Source: the human T2T-CHM13v2.0 reference genome, Homo sapiens. Taken from it: DNA of 64,000 bases. The notes beneath the pieces were generated by a model. It saw only the letters and a program-made list of their open reading frames with translations, was not told the origin of the DNA and made no database searches. Positions within the stretch are counted from its first letter, which is position 1. Each line of letters starts with the position of its first letter. The stretch lies in assembly GCF_009914755.1 (NCBI RefSeq), contig NC_060926.1. One strand, given 5' to 3'. Made by a program: the position numbers and the translations under genes. Shown in pieces: positions 44,141-63,689 of the stretch.

Positions 44141-46678
44141 TTCTTCCAGGTCAAAATTATGTCATTCTTTCACCCTAATTCCCTTTCTTCTTACTGGTAA
44201 TATATCATATATAATAACATAGTTTACAATTCTTATGAGCCAGGTTAAGAGTTATTACTACTTCTTACTAAACATAAATTACTACTCATGAATTACTTAA
44301 CACCAAAAATGAACACTTAACATGCAATTACAAAAAAAAAATTTTGTTAGCTTTATTTGAGGTATGATTCAGCACATGAGGTATTTAACACACCACTGTC
44401 AAAGCAAACCTTAGTTTTAAAACCCAGCAAATAAAAACTGGATCTGAGAAACTGGACCTAAGATTGGCTGGGGTCCATCATCTTTATGAGGGTAGACGGA
44501 CTTAGAATACACCATTTATCTAAGAATTGGGCAGATAATCTGGAGCAAGAGGGCAGGGGGTGGTAAATTGGTGGGAAAATTAAAGATACATTTTCTCCAG
44601 CTGTTTGATTTTTCATGCTGTTGAGTTTTAAGGTTACAGTATGTAACCAGAATATGAAACATCACTGGGAGGAAGGGAACTCATTTAATATTATGTTAGT
44701 TGTAGAATTATAACTAGGTGTAAAGCAAAGAAAGTAGTTATCTATTATTCATTCCTTCTGAACAGACATTTCCTGTCTGTGAATACAAAGCATGACTAGA
44801 ATTTACTTGCTGAAACTCAGAGATGCTATAAGAGAACATTTCATTTTCATTTGATCTGACCTTGTGTATGATAATGGAGCTTCTCTAAAACACTGATGCT
44901 TGTCTGTTCTCCTTATATTATGCCCCTGAGAATTATTCCTATTCCTGACCTCATAGATGGGGAAATTAACCTCAGAGAGTTTTTGAGACTTGTCCAAGGT
45001 CATCGCCAGGTTCAATCTCTTTAGGCAGTCCTGAACAGGTGTGGCCACAAAAATCAGTGAAGTTAGTTATCTGCGTATCTATATGTGACTTCCTATATTA
45101 TACGAAGTATTTCTCTCACTGATAACTGAGCACATCCAATCTAGCATGTCAGATTCACCAGAAATTAACATGCATTCTGTTCATTCCAAATATCCCTAGC
45201 TGCTTAGTGAACCTGTGAATGAATTAAAGATGGCTTCTCAGCATGATGACAGAAAAAAAATTTCTAGCTAGAGACATTGTACCAGACATAGATGCGCTGG
45301 ACATAGATGTACTAGATATAATTGAGCCTCATGCTCAACTGCTAAATCAAGTGTCCTGCCTCCTGACCAAGGCCTTGAGTTGAACCAAAGCATAAAACCC
45401 AAACTATAAAGAACTCAATAAACTGAGATAAGACCTTCTTGGTTTTCTCCTGTATTTGGTTTTTCAAATTTAATTATGAGCTAAATCAACTTCAAAATTC
45501 AGACCGTTTTGACCTAGAATCTAATCTACTATTTTCTAAAAATTATTAAGTCAGAATATAATCCCATTGAATTGATATGTCATCCAGTTCAAGCCCTCCA
45601 AAAATTGATACATTGATACATAGGTAAGTAGGTGGAGGAATGGAGAGATGAAATGGACGAATTCCCCTGCCAGGACTGCAGTTATTTGCTCCAACCTCTA
45701 AAACTACCTAATACACCTCTTCACCTAAATACCCCCTTGCTAAAATCCTGACTGATTAAAAAGCGAAGTTAACAAATTTTCTCTGATGAGTTTTTTATCA
45801 TGTTCATAGAAAGAGAAGTCTGATATAAAGTAGTAACACAAGAATAAACAAACCTATAATTTGGAGTAGCAGCTCCAGGGACAATAATAAGGTTTTCCAA
45901 TCTCCCAGATCATAATTAACAGTGTAAAGAATTAAAGAGAAGTTCAGGAAGGAGTGCTTAAACCTTTTTGTAAATTTAAAAACAAGTAATGATCTCCATT
46001 GCTGTTCTCCAGGTTTATTCAAATTTGGACAATTAGGACAATTAAACATAAAATAGAGACAGCTCTAAAGAGGGAGCTACAACAAAGCAGAATAATTGCT
46101 GGGACTGGCTATCAAATTTACATAAAAAAAGATTAAAAAGCTGATTTACATTTAAAAAACAAGATCAGGCAATATCTAAAATAGATAACACAACCTACTG
46201 AGAAAAGCTCTTTTCATCAATAAAGGAGAAGCAAAGGTGATTATATATAACAAAACTAATCTTCTATATTGCTTTAATCACCTAAAACCACTTTAACTGT
46301 TTATTTGGGAACCATTTTGTGGGGGAAAAAAATATTGCATGTAAAAGCACGTAATTTCTAGGTTGCAGTAAAACACAGACACCATCAAGATCATGCTATA
46401 TTCTCAGCTCATTACCTGCTCTCTTCTCTAGATCCTGTCTTCTCTTGGTTATCAAAAATTCTCACCACTTACAAATTCATTCATTCTAGAACTTGAAAAT
46501 TTGCCATGTAATTGATATAACAGATGCTTCCAGAACAGATGTTCTGCTTATTGTTACTGCATCTCATGAACAAAGTAGATTATAAAGCTTTTTCCTTCCT
46601 GGACTAAGCACTTACATGGCATTTTGAGCTTTTTTCAAAAACGAAAAAGAACATAATTACCTGCATTTTAATATGTAC

Positions 46679-46998
46679 TGTAGGATAGAGGAAAAAAAAT
46701 CTCTTTGTCTCTTTATCCATCTTAGGTTCTCCAGGTGGGACTCTATAAATTAGGCTAACAAAAGACAGATTAACAAGAGAAAAGTATACACATTTATTTA
46801 ATGGAAGTTTTACATGACACAGGAGCCTTCATCAGAAAATGAAGACCCAAAGAAACGATTAAGCTGAAGTGTTTTTATACCAGGTTTGATAAAGAGTGAA
46901 AAGTCATGCAAAAACATGACAGGACAAAAGGGTATGAACTACGGTTCTGAAAGAAACTTAGCAAGGCCTGTTCATTCTGATTCCTCATAGTGTGTCCT
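46679..46998 (-). mobile_element. MER34-group LTR, 3' half only
   Basis: Reverse complement is homologous to 38520-38815 (aacaggccttgctaag...gaaggctcctgtgtcatgtaaaactt...taca). Confidence 0.8.
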
Positions 46999-47856
46999 GT
47001 CCAATAAATCCAAAAACACTTACTGGCTTTGGTTCTGAATCTCTTGGTAGATACTTCCAGTTTAAAAGAAAGAAAAATAAGAAGAAAAAAGGCCAGGCAT
47101 ATTTGTTATTTGCCTTTGCTGAAATTATAAGATATTTGAAATAATTTTTTTTTTAAGAGCTCTATGGTCAGAAGTTAGCTTAATAGGAAGCTGATATTCA
47201 GGCTACAATTTTTGTTAAGTCCCCTCTGTTGTTCTGTCTGTTGGATCCTGCTTCTATCACAGGAACGTCTCAGTCTACTGAAACCTCTCTTACTGAACCC
47301 CTGCTAACCATATGGTCAGTCCCTCTGTCCACATTTTTTTTTCTTGTTGGCATGATTTTCGCTGAGGATAATGTGGAAATTCATGTACCTTTTTGGGAAA
47401 CTTGAGACCTCCCCAAACTAGCTCCTGTAAGACTTCTTTCCATTTGCTTCTGTTCCTCCTTCCTCCCTTTGGCACTTACAATCTGCCATCCAGTTCTCTC
47501 GAATCCTTGATTTATTCTCCTTCAAATCCTTACCTCCTCCATTTAGTGGTCAGTGGATGAAAAATTACTAACAGGAAACACCAAAGGTAAGAAAAATTTC
47601 AGTCTCTATAGTCAAACTTTAGGTGGGCTTCTGGACCTTCTCCTAGGACTATCCATGTACATCCTTGTAGAATCCTGTAGTGAATTCCTATAATTTTATG
47701 TCGCCTCAGAATCCTTTTGAGTCCTCCTCTATGTGTCACCTAACTGACACACCTCAAACTCCTTCTTGGAAAAACTTGCATTCTTTCTCTGTGCCTTTGA
47801 GATATAAATTTTCTACCCTTTCTTCTCTAGAATTTGATCATTACCATTTGGAAATA

Positions 47857-48194
47857 CTGTTGTCCTTTGATATCCACAGGAGATTGGTTCTAGTACCTCC
47901 CACAAATACCAAAATCTATGGATGCTCAAGTCCCTGATATAAAATAAGATAGTAGTTTCATATAACCTATGCACATCTTCCCATATTCTTAAAATCATCT
48001 CTAGATTACTTATAATACCTAATATAATGTAAATGCTATGTAAGTAGTTGTTATACTATATTGTTTAGGGAAAAATGACAAGAAAAATGTCTGTCCATGT
48101 TCAGTAGAGATGCGTGCTCTTTAAAACAATATTTTCAATTCCTGATTGGTTGAATCCACAGAAGCAGAATCCATAGATACAGAAGAGATGACTG
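47857..48194 (+). mobile_element. MER2 (Tigger-family MITE)
   Basis: ggatgctcaagtccctgatataaaat...ctagattacttataatacctaat...ttggttgaatccac. Confidence 0.92.
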
Positions 48195-48306
48195 TCAGGG
48201 AGATGACTGTCATCAAAAAGAAAAAAACTGAACTGTTTAGAAATTGGTCAAATAAAAAATCTTAAAAGCCTTTTCCACAAAAAAACTAGTAAAAAAGCTT
48301 TAGCCA

Positions 48307-48629
<323 letters not shown>

Positions 48630-49084
48630 TTAACTTGTATCATTTATCAGGTCTAGCTAGTGAGTCTTGAATTATCAGACTTGGTGCAAGGCTAAAAGTG
48701 TTAGAGTAAAAGATGTAAGATCTGCTTCTATCTGTATGTTTATGTCATTAAATATAATACAGACATATATTTTTGCCTGCGTTTGCTGGCCAGACAGGTG
48801 TATTGTCTCTGCTAGATGGTTAAGGTCATAAAATTATAAACGCAACCTTCAAACAGAATACACAGTAAAAATGAATTCCTGAATTGCTTGATGCACATCA
48901 GTCACGGAGAAAAAAAAGAGGAAAGAACCATGTTTAACTTTCTTGTTTCTTTGCTTCTATGATATTTTGCTTGCCTGATTTGTCAACAACAAAAACAACT
49001 TGAGACAGAGGTTAGCTTTGTTTGATGTCTCATAAAATTGTCATGAACAGTTCACATAAAATTGTTAAGAATGAGTGAGTTACT

Positions 49085-49422
<338 letters not shown>

Positions 49423-50042
49423 AAGAATGAGTGAGTTACCAAATGAACTAAATAAGGTGAACTACATAAGGTGCTGGGACCAATCCTGGAGAAACAGATA
49501 TGTGACCTTTCCGACACAGCATTCAAAATAGCTGCTTTGAGGAAACTCAAAGAAATTCAAGATAACACAGAGAATGAATTCATAATTCTATCAGATAAAC
49601 TTAACAAAGAGATTGACATAATTTAAAAGAACCAAGCAGAAATTCTAGAGTTGAAAAATGCAATTGACATACTGAAGAAAGCATCAGAGTATCTTACCAA
49701 CAGAAATGATCAAATAAAAGAAAGAATTAGTAAGCTTGAAGACAGCCTACACGGAAATGCACAGAGGAGACAAAAGACAAAAATAATAAAAAAGAATGAA
49801 GCATGCCTACAAGATCTAGAAAATAGCCTCAAAAGGGCAAATCTAAGAGTAACACGCCACAAGCACACACAACCAAAGCAAAAATGGACAAATGGGACCA
49901 CATCAACTTAAATAGCTTCTGCACAGCAAAGAAAACACTCAACAAAGTGAAGAAACAGCCAACAAAATGGGATAAAATATTTGCAAACTACCCATCTGAC
50001 AATGGATTGATAACTAGGATATATAAGGAGCTCAAACAGCTA

Positions 50043-50375
<333 letters not shown>

Positions 50376-50380
50376 AATGA

Positions 50381-50702
<322 letters not shown>

Positions 50703-51066
50703 GGGAAAAAAAATTTGAATGGACATTTCCCAGAAGAAGACATACAAATGGCAAACAGGCATATGAAAATGGCTCAACATCATGGATCATCAGGAATATG
50801 CAAATCAAAATTACAATTAGATGTCATCTCACTCCAGTTAAAGTGGCTTTTATCCAAAAGACAGGCAATAACAAATGCTGGAGAGGATTTGGGGAAAAGG
50901 GAGCCCTTGTATGCTGTTGGTGGGAATATAAATTAGTACAACCACTATGGAAAACAGTTTGGAGGTTTCTCACAAAAGTAAAAATAAAGCTACCATACAA
51001 TCAGGCAATCCCACTGCTAGGTATATACCCAAAAGGAAGGAAATCAGGATATGTAAGAGATATCTG

Positions 51067-51436
<370 letters not shown>

Positions 51437-51633
51437 TCAACAGATGAATGGATAAAGAAAATGTAGTACATTTACATGATAGAGTACTATTCAGCCATAA
51501 AAAAGAATGAAATCCCGTTATCTGCAACAACATGGATGGAATTGGGACTCATTGTATTAAGTGAAATAAGCCAGGCACAGAAAGACAAACTCATGTTCTC
51601 GCTTATTTGTGGGAGCTAAAAATTAAAATGATT

Positions 51634-52022
<389 letters not shown>

Positions 52023-52676
52023 TTAATGGGTACAAAAAAAGTTAGAAAAAATTAGTAAGACCTAGTATTTGATAACAGGGTGACTGTAGTCAATAATAAT
52101 TTAATTGTACATTTTTAAATAACTAAAAGCATAATTGGATTGTAACATAAAGGATAAATGCTTCAGGGGAAAGCTATCCCATTTTACATGATGTAATTAT
52201 TATGGATTGCATGCCTATATCAAAGTATCTAATGTATCCCATAAATATAGACACCTACATACCCACAAAAATTAAAACTTGAAACTTAAAAAAAAGAATG
52301 AGTGAATTAGATGAATATAAGTAGGATAATAGTTTATAAGCAAAGTTTTTCAATAACAATTATGTTTTAGAAAATATGTCTAGTTAAAAATAGTTTTAAA
52401 ATCTTTTTGGTAACTTGAAACCTTAAAATGAAATTAAGTAATAGATACTTATTAAATATCTGGGTCACTTCTAAGTAAGTTAAAAATATTGAAACACTAA
52501 TTACTAGGCACAAGTTTATGTACTTTGGCATCTTGTTTTTATATAGTACAGAGAAGCTAAATAGATTGAAGTTGGTTAAAAACATGAAAAATTGCTTCTA
52601 GAAATTATGAAATGATGAATGCTGTTATAAAAGAGTTTATAATGCTTGCTAGTTTTCACTAGAAATTAAGGTTACT

Positions 52677-53003
<327 letters not shown>

Positions 53004-53489
53004 TTAAACGTTATAATTAACATATGTAATTAAACTGCCAGAAAATATGAGGGAAAACTTTCTTTGCTTAGAAATAAGATGCATTTGATAAGGAAAGTTA
53101 TGTAAATGACACATTTTTGTTTTTTAAAAAGGCTGAATTTTTTTTAAGTTTTAAATGATTTATGGAAATGTTATCTTTTGTGATCAAAACTAAGATTGGA
53201 TGAATTTATTAAAAGATTTTATTTAAAATTAGCTTTAGTATTAATAGTACGCTAATGCAAAAGTGGAATTTGGTCTTCTCTGTTAAAGTAACAAAGTTTT
53301 CTAGAAGTATTGGTCTGAGAATGTGAAGGTTTTTTTTTTCTCCTTTTCAGTAACTGACCTAGAAAACAAAGATTTTGTGTTTTATCAAGATCATTTTTGG
53401 GCTTCATGCTGTATTTTATTAGGTCTTTGATTACATTTTATTCACAACTATGCAACCTTTTGTATTTGCCTTTAAAATCTTTTGTTGTC

Positions 53490-53800
<311 letters not shown>

Positions 53801-55002
53801 AAATTGTTTTTCTATTTAAAACTGTCACTTTAATTAGATAGCCAATATCATATTTAATTTTTTTAAACCTTTTGACATTTTGACATACTTCCCAAAATCA
53901 AATTCTAAATTAAGTCTTTTTGACCTTGAACTTACTTTGAGATTTACCAGTTAGGCCTCTTGAAAGCTACAAAATATGTGTTTTTCTCACCTTGTAAAAG
54001 AAAGATATTAAAATAATTGGGCTTACATATATTTGATGCATTAAATTATATAGTAAGTGTGGTCAAATAATGAGTAATGCTAAACCTAGAGTTATACTTA
54101 GGAGCGTATTATTGATATGAAAATGTGAGATTTTTAAAAGTCTAATGTTATCAGTAACAATTCTGGCAATTATGTTAAAATGTTGTATCCACAGAAATAA
54201 CTAAATTTCCTTGTCAACTGCTGACTATAATGAACTCTCATCAGATTTTTAACCATGGCCATATTAAGTCTTTGTCATCTACAGGCCATTACTGTTTTGA
54301 TTTTTGTCTAAAAGTATTGGCAATCAGCGATAGTCCAAAACTGCTTTTCTTCGAAAAGATTCATAGAAAAGACTTTGACAAATACCCTTGAATACAGGTT
54401 TCTAATAACCATAAGATCATACCATTGGACTGTGTGAGAATTTTCAGAACTCTAATGAAGAAATGAATGGCTTCATGAAACTGCCAAGCAAGATCAAGCA
54501 GATCAAGAATTAATTACGTGAAACTGAACTGATGAAGGTAATGTTTTCATGACTTTTAATTTGAAATTTTTAAATTTGAAATTTGGTTCTTATTGTAAAT
54601 GTTTCCTTTTACAGATTTAAAGAAACTATTTCTCTTAAGCTTTCTAGAGCTTGCAGAGATCTGGTAGCATATACTTTTGTGAACAGAATTGGAACAATTA
54701 CTTTTTCTTCCTACCTGATCCTGCTAGGACTCAGAAACTATTTGTGAGTATTCTTATTTTTATGGCAATATAATTATTTATACTAGTTTAATAAAAATCT
54801 GTTCTCCTTGTAACAGGGCACAATTGGAAATACTGGTTATGTTACCTTACCAAGGCTTTGACTGGAATATTCTATTTTCAAATATGACAGACAACTTTAA
54901 AGAACTAAGGTTGACTTTATGGAGCCAATAAAGCCCGCGCTTGGATAAACTGGCCTGGTACTTTGAAAGCATCGTTCATATGGTTGCCTTAGAGGTAGGT
55001 AA

Positions 55003-55402
<400 letters not shown>

Positions 55403-56391
55403 ACTTCAGGTGAATTTTAATGGTGAATCTTAAGCTTGGCCTCCTGGCCTCAAGAGGATTTTCAATGTCTAATCTGAGATTCCTTATAAAACGTTCCAGC
55501 AAAGCAAATTTAAAGACAGCCTATGTGGCCAATCACTACTCTTGCTGAACTTGTATAAATAATCAGGTCAAGTTTAATGAAACTAAATTTATTTTGCAAA
55601 CAAATTAGTTTTACTTTGATTATCTTTGATAGAGATGAAGGTGACTATAGAGAGAAAAATTTTGTTTCAGAAGAAAAGTATAGTGCACCCAGTATTAGAT
55701 GCTAGCTCATTGTTTTTGAGAGTTTGTTATCCACCTGAAATCTGTGCTGGATCCTGAATTTCTCTAGTTTCTTCCAATATCTGGCTATGACTCACCAAAC
55801 GAATATTTCCAATTTTTATCCCAGTCTTCTGGCTTGGAATCACTAAAAATTAAAGCACCCCTTTTTCTGAAGCCCTGCAAGGTGAAATTAGATGGCTTGA
55901 TACAGACTTCAGAGAAATCACTACAACAGCTATGTAGAGATAACCTTCGGGCCTGCTGCTATATGGACTACTCAGAAAGCTCACTGGAACACCTGAAGCA
56001 AACTTTTGTAAACAAGGAAAATCTGTCAGATCATCACTGCCTGCCCCTGCTCCAGCTGGAAAGGCTTTAAGTCCAGCATCTAGAAATCTTGACTGGCTGC
56101 CCTCTAGAATTAAAAACTGAGTTTATAGTTTGTTCTAACCATTACACTTATTTTTGTTGTTATTATTGTTTCCATAGAAATGCCTCTTGTTACATATCTG
56201 ATTGTTTGCACTGCATTAGTGCCTAACTTTAGTGGAAGCCCATTTGCAACACCTCTGCCTGAAGTGAGACAACTGCTAACTGTTTAACTCGACTGAGCTT
56301 AGGACTGAGAGGTCTGGTTCAATAGCTAATGAGAATCCACCAAACCAATTTCTGGATGTGAAACTTCTTGAGGAAGTTTCAGACAGGGGAC

Positions 56392-57017
56392 TATCGGGGC
56401 TCAGAAAATGAAATCTCAAAGTATGGCACTTTGGCAAGCTGAGTACTTTGATCTAGAAAATATCAGAAAGCCTCAGAAGCATGATCTCTATGACCTTTTC
56501 CCCGCCCTCCTGTCTCTCACCTCTCTTTCTCCCCTGAAGTGAGGCATAGAAACCAAAATTTCTCTTCCCCAAGGCGGGCCATAGAAACTAGAACCCCTAT
56601 CCCCCAAAGCAAGCCAAAAAACCTAGAAAGGTCATTCTCTCCCTTTGCCCTTCTTCCTTGAAGACCCTCATTCCAGAGGGGTCCTGTCCCACACCCAGGA
56701 GGAAAGAATGCTACACAGAGAGGCCAAGAAGACTCTGAACAGACAGGCCTTGCTGGGTTTTCCCCTGCAGTCTACTATCATTCAATCGTACCCTTTTTGT
56801 CCAACACATTTCTATATGGCTGTCCATTCTTCATCAAACATAAGCATACAAATAGATCATTTTTCCTGGGTCTTTGGTCTTCATTTCTGAGGCTCCTATG
56901 TAATGTAAAACTTTAAATAAATTTGTTACGCTTTAACCTGCCTCTTGTTGTAGGAGTGCAGGCCATGACTCTTATGAGGGGTAAGGAAGGGCATTCATTA
57001 TACATTTCACCCCTACA
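56392..57017 (+). mobile_element. MER39-like ERV1 LTR (3' LTR of the truncated provirus)
   Basis: ggggctcagaaaa...aaagtatggcactttg...ccctaca, preceded by a purine-rich tract. Confidence 0.82.
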
Positions 57018-58559
57018 AGCTTGAGGAATCAAAAGCAGTTAAGCAGATCTCAAAACTGACAGATTAATTGCCATTAATACATATTTTTATTCTTAAAGTT
57101 TCTTGTTAAATTATCCTAGAAGTTAAGAAAAACTTTACAATTATCCCAGTCATGAATTTGAATTGATTTAAAAAATAAACAAAAAACAATCAAACCAAAA
57201 AAAACACAAAAGACTGGAAATTGGGAGAAATTTCCATTTTAATCCATTTATAAAGAAGCAATGAAATGCTGATAATAGCAAGAGCGTTCAATATATCAAC
57301 AAACCACAAATCAAACGAGAATAAAAACAAAATTCAAACTTGAGACAAGCAAGGTGAAGACAGATTAGATTTTAAACTGTTTTACAAATTCTCTCAAAAT
57401 ATGTTCATACTCGTCTCTAGCAGCCATGTCTTTAAACTCTTCATATGAAAAGTGCCTATTGTACATTAATTAGATGGAATATTTACAATTGCATGTATTT
57501 GTGAATAATATATAAAGTATTTGCATGTTATAAAATACTTCAAATATGATCTGGCCAAGTTGGGAATCACTTCTATTTTTTAGTCAAATGAATCCGGTTT
57601 TCCCACTCATTTCTGTTATAAATCAGAAATGCATTCCCAAAGAAAACAAAAAAGAAAGTTTCTGCCCCTCCCCCAAAATAATAATGGTAAGAACGTGGCC
57701 AGTTCTGTGGCCTTTCTGGAATTGTGGGCCCTAGTATATTGAGCTCCTCGGAAACTAAAAACATTTGCATTTTTAATGTGGAAAGGTATCAATGTGTACC
57801 TCTCCTTATGTGAGTAAATTTGTAACTTCCCACATCTGGTTTATGTAAAAGTAATACCTATAAAAAGTCACAAAAGGTAGACAACAAAATACATTAAAGA
57901 CAGACCATTAACCCTCACACATATAGAATGAAATAACAGCATACTATGAACTCATATAATAACAGTATTCCAAAACTTTAAACTTCTCCTAATATTTGTG
58001 GTTCTTCTCCCATGAGAATAGTCCTAAAGCCCTTGGCCAGAGATGTGGGCACCCGGGGAATGAGACCAAGAGAGAGAATGAGCTAAAACTAAATTACACC
58101 TTCAGTTTTGCCACTAATATTCTCTAGGACTTGGTCAGTGGCTTATCCTCAGAGCATCTTAACTTACCCATGGGCAAAAGGACCTCAATGCCTTTCCTGC
58201 CAAACTCTAAAAGAAAATGAAAGTCACTCTGAATCCCTGTTATAAAGGTCCTATAAATATCTATAGCTGTTATTATTATAGGAAAACATGCTTCAGCCCC
58301 AGATACAACTATTTCAGCTACACACGCAACACAACCAGGGAGAGAAGACAAAAGCTCGCTTTCACTAAGTAACCGTATGAACTGGAATATAGTCAGTGGT
58401 CACCCGTGTAATATTTTTATTATCCATAGTAGGCTAAAATATAAAATATATAAAAGACGCAGCCTATACATTAACAAGTATTCAAGGTAAAAAGGAAGAG
58501 GGCAAAAACACACACAATAATAAGACAAAAACATATAACAAGAAATGCTGTTGTATAAA

Positions 58560-59195
<636 letters not shown>

Positions 59196-59269
59196 AAATG
59201 AAGAAAGTCTATAGATGCCTTAAATGTGATTGAACGTAGCTGTGTGGAATTATAACGAATGAAGGTCAG

Positions 59270-59991
59270 AGATATGGTTTGGATGTTTGTCCTCACCAAA
59301 TCTCATGTTGAAATGTGATCTCCAGAGTTGGAGGTAGGGCCTGGTGGGAGGCGATTGGATCATGGGGGTGGATTCCTGATGAATGGTTTGGCACCATCCC
59401 CTTGATGATAAGTGAGTTCTCTCTCAGTTAGTTCACGTGAAATCTGTTGCTTAAGAGAGTCTGGGCTGGGCGCAGTGGCTCATGCCTGTAATCCCAGCAC
59501 TTTGGGAGGCGGAGGAGGGCAGATCACCAGGTCAGGAGAGAGAGACCAGCCTGACCAACATGGTGAAACCCCGTCTCTACTAAAAATACAAAAATTAGCT
59601 GGGCGTGGTGGCATGTGCCTGTAATCCCAGCTACTTGGGAGGCTGAGGCAGGAGAAATTGCTTGAATCAGGGAGTCAGAGGTTGCAGGGAGCAGAGATCA
59701 CAACACTGCACTTCAGCCTGGCGACAGAGGGAGAATCCATCTCAAAAAAAAAAAGAGTGTGGGACCTCCCCCTTCACTCTCTCTTACTCCCACTCTCGCC
59801 ATGTGACACGCCTGCTCCTCCTTCATCTTCTGGCATGATTGGGAGGTTCCTGAGGCCCTCGCCAGAAGCAGATGCCAGCACCACGCTTCCTGTACAGCCT
59901 GCAGAACCACAAGCCAAAATTAACCGCTTTTCTTTATAAATTACCCAGTCTTGGGTATCGCTTTATAGCAACGCAAGAACAGACTAACACA
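59270..59991 (+). mobile_element. MSTB-like MaLR solo LTR containing an AluS (59464-59754)
   Basis: gatatggtttggatgtttgtcc...gactaacaca; 5-bp TSD gtcag at 59265 and 59992. Confidence 0.9.
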
Positions 59992-61003
59992 GTCAGAGGG
60001 ATTCAGGGCAGCCTGGAGTGGCCAAGGAGGAGGACTGTCCCTCAGAAATTGTTTAGAAATGTGGTTTCTGCATGATGAGGGACTTGACCTGGCAAAAAAG
60101 ACACTGCCCATGAGGAATACCAAGAGGTTTCTAGATAGAGAAAGACTGTGTTTCCAAGTTATCAAAAATAACTACGACAAACACCAAAGACTCAAAGACG
60201 AACGACCTGGCTTTCGGCAGAACAAATGGCAAGCATATTCTGAGACTCAAGAATTTGGGTGACATTCGCTATCCTGAAGCAGTTTCGGGTCAGAATATTT
60301 AAAGTCTTCTCACAACTGGTGAAAGCTAGACCTCAAACAACTGATGATGTCCACAGACGCCTCAGATGCAGTCATCAAAATGCCATCTATTTATTCCGAG
60401 AGCATTCGGAGAAGCAGCCATGGGCGGATCCACTGCCTGCAGACAGAGGAGCCGCCCCTTTCTCTCTCTACCTTTCACACTTCACACTTCTTCAGCCACA
60501 AAATAGAGAGAAGGCCTGGGTTCCCTAGAATTAGAACTCCTGACAGGAATTCAGGAACACATGATTTATCGAGCATATACTCATCAGAAAATAGAGACAA
60601 AAACCACTGTGAGGGGGTGAGGGAAGCAGGGGAAGAGGTGGGAATAGGGTGGAGGAAGGGAGGCCTCTGCAGAGGTGCAGAACTTGAGCTTTGCCTTCAG
60701 TTCTCTTCACGTCAGTCACTACAGGCTAAGCAGAGAGGGCAGTAACTTCCTGCAAAGAACCTCCTGTTGATGGGGGCAATTCTTTGGAGAAAGGGAAACT
60801 GTGTGACGTTAGCAGCCAACACTCCCAGCAGCTGGAGATGTTGCTGAAGATGTTGCAGCAGCCTGGTAGAAGGAATTAGGTTGGACAGTATCCATGACAG
60901 TAGCTACTTGAGCACTACACCTATTTTTAAAATAGCAGCTCATGTTGGCAATTAGACCAGTTATTTTAACACAGTCCTCTTGCTTTGCATAGCCAATGTC
61001 TCA

Positions 61004-61625
<622 letters not shown>

Positions 61626-61796
61626 AAAATCATTTGATTTTCCTGCAAAAGAAATTTCATCTTAATATCAGACACACAGATTGGCTTCCATGATACTTCA
61701 TATCTCCTGTGTTCAAAGCAATGATAAAGCAAAGTAATTATAATTATCACTGGGCCACGGAGATGGGCTCAGGTTTGCCTTTAGAAATGAATTTCC

Positions 61797-62192
<396 letters not shown>

Positions 62193-62552
62193 TCAAGCTA
62201 TAAATCACAGAAATTGAATTAGATCATCTCAAATTGAGGGACAAAAAGCCAGTTATAGATCCATTTCATGACACTGCCTGACATGGATTCCATTTGTGAC
62301 TCACTGAGTAGCATTACTTATTCTGAGTGCTCCTCTGACAATGCAGGCACTTAACATGAAGACATGTGTAACATTACAGGAGGAAAATAGAAAGAGCAAA
62401 ACCCCACAATTTGCCCGGAAAGCAAATTCTGAGTGCCAGTGTATCCATTTCTGAAGCCTGTTCTCAGTTTCTCTGTAAGTTCTGTTTTCTGCATGGTTCC
62501 AAATTTCTAAGATCCTATTCTCTTTCCAGACACAATCAATACAGTCAAATCC

Positions 62553-62855
62553 TTTATTTTTATTTTATTTACTTAATTTTGAGACAGGGTCTGACTCCTG
62601 TCACTCAGGAAGGAGTGCCGTGGTGCGATCATAGCTCACTGCAGCCTCGATCTCCCACATCCCACCGCCTCAGCCTCCCGAGTAGCTGGGACTACAAAAG
62701 CATGCCACTACACCTAGATAATTTTCTTTTTTTTTATTAGAGACGTCGTCTCGCTATGTTGCCCAGGCTGGTCTCAAACTCCCGAGCTCAAGCGATTCTC
62801 CCGTTTCAGCCCCTCAAAGTGCTGGGATTACAGGCATAAGCCAATGTGCCTGCCC
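62553..62855 (-). mobile_element. AluJ
   Basis: Antisense, with a small internal deletion. Confidence 0.9.
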
Positions 62856-62923
62856 AATCAAACCATTTTTATCTTATAAAGAAATAGATCAACACTAGAA
62901 GACTGACTATACAGTAACTGGGT

Positions 62924-63334
62924 CTATCAGTCAGGGATCCAGACATGGTAATTGAGGAAACTTCAGGGAGGAGTCTATTTGTGGATATGGGTAGAGCTAA
63001 AATAAAGCAATAAGGATGGTGAAGCACCCTGGGGCTAGCAACAGCAGTGCTGCTGCCAGGTCTAGGGGAGACGGCAGAAAGGGAGCAGAGCCATGGCTGC
63101 CAGAGAGAGGCTAGAACTTGAGAGCTGTGGCCCCAGGAAAGAACTCCACCCTCCGGCAAAGCAAGCTGGGTAAGTAAACATTCCAACCAACCACTCTCCG
63201 ACCACTCGGCAGAGCCACCCTAGTGTGAATTCTAGGAAATTAAAATCTGCCCCATAGAGTCCACACAGAGCACAGAGCAAGGGCAGAAGAATAGAGGGTA
63301 GATCTGGGGCAGCCGATGGATAATGCCTAGCACA
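62924..63334 (-). mobile_element. LTR41-like ERVL LTR
   Basis: aggatggtgaagcaccctggggctagcaacagc...gtagatctggggcag...agcaca. Confidence 0.6.
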
Positions 63335-63436
63335 GAAGTCAGCGATGCAAAACATGGCGTGGATATACTTTGTAAACAGGTTGGAAATTATAGTTCCAAA
63401 AAAATTATTCGTTCCCTTCAAATTATTCCTTTTGGA

Positions 63437-63610
63437 ATTAGCCAGGCGTGGTGGCAGGCACTTGTAATCCCAACTACTCATGAGGCTGAGGCAGAAGAAT
63501 CACTTGAGCCCAGGAGGTCGAGGTTGCAGTGAGCCAAGATCGCATCACTGCACTCCAGCCTGGGCAATAGAGCAAGTCTCTGTCTAAAAAAAAATAATAA
63601 TAATAAATAA

Positions 63611-63647
<37 letters not shown>
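63437..63647 (+). mobile_element. Alu right monomer (5'-truncated Alu or FRAM) with (AC)n tail
   Basis: Starts attagccaggcgtgg; TSD attccttttgg. Confidence 0.88.
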
Positions 63648-63648
<1 letters not shown>

Positions 63649-63689
63649 TCCTTACATTCCTTTTGGGAAGCTCTTCATGTATTATTGAT

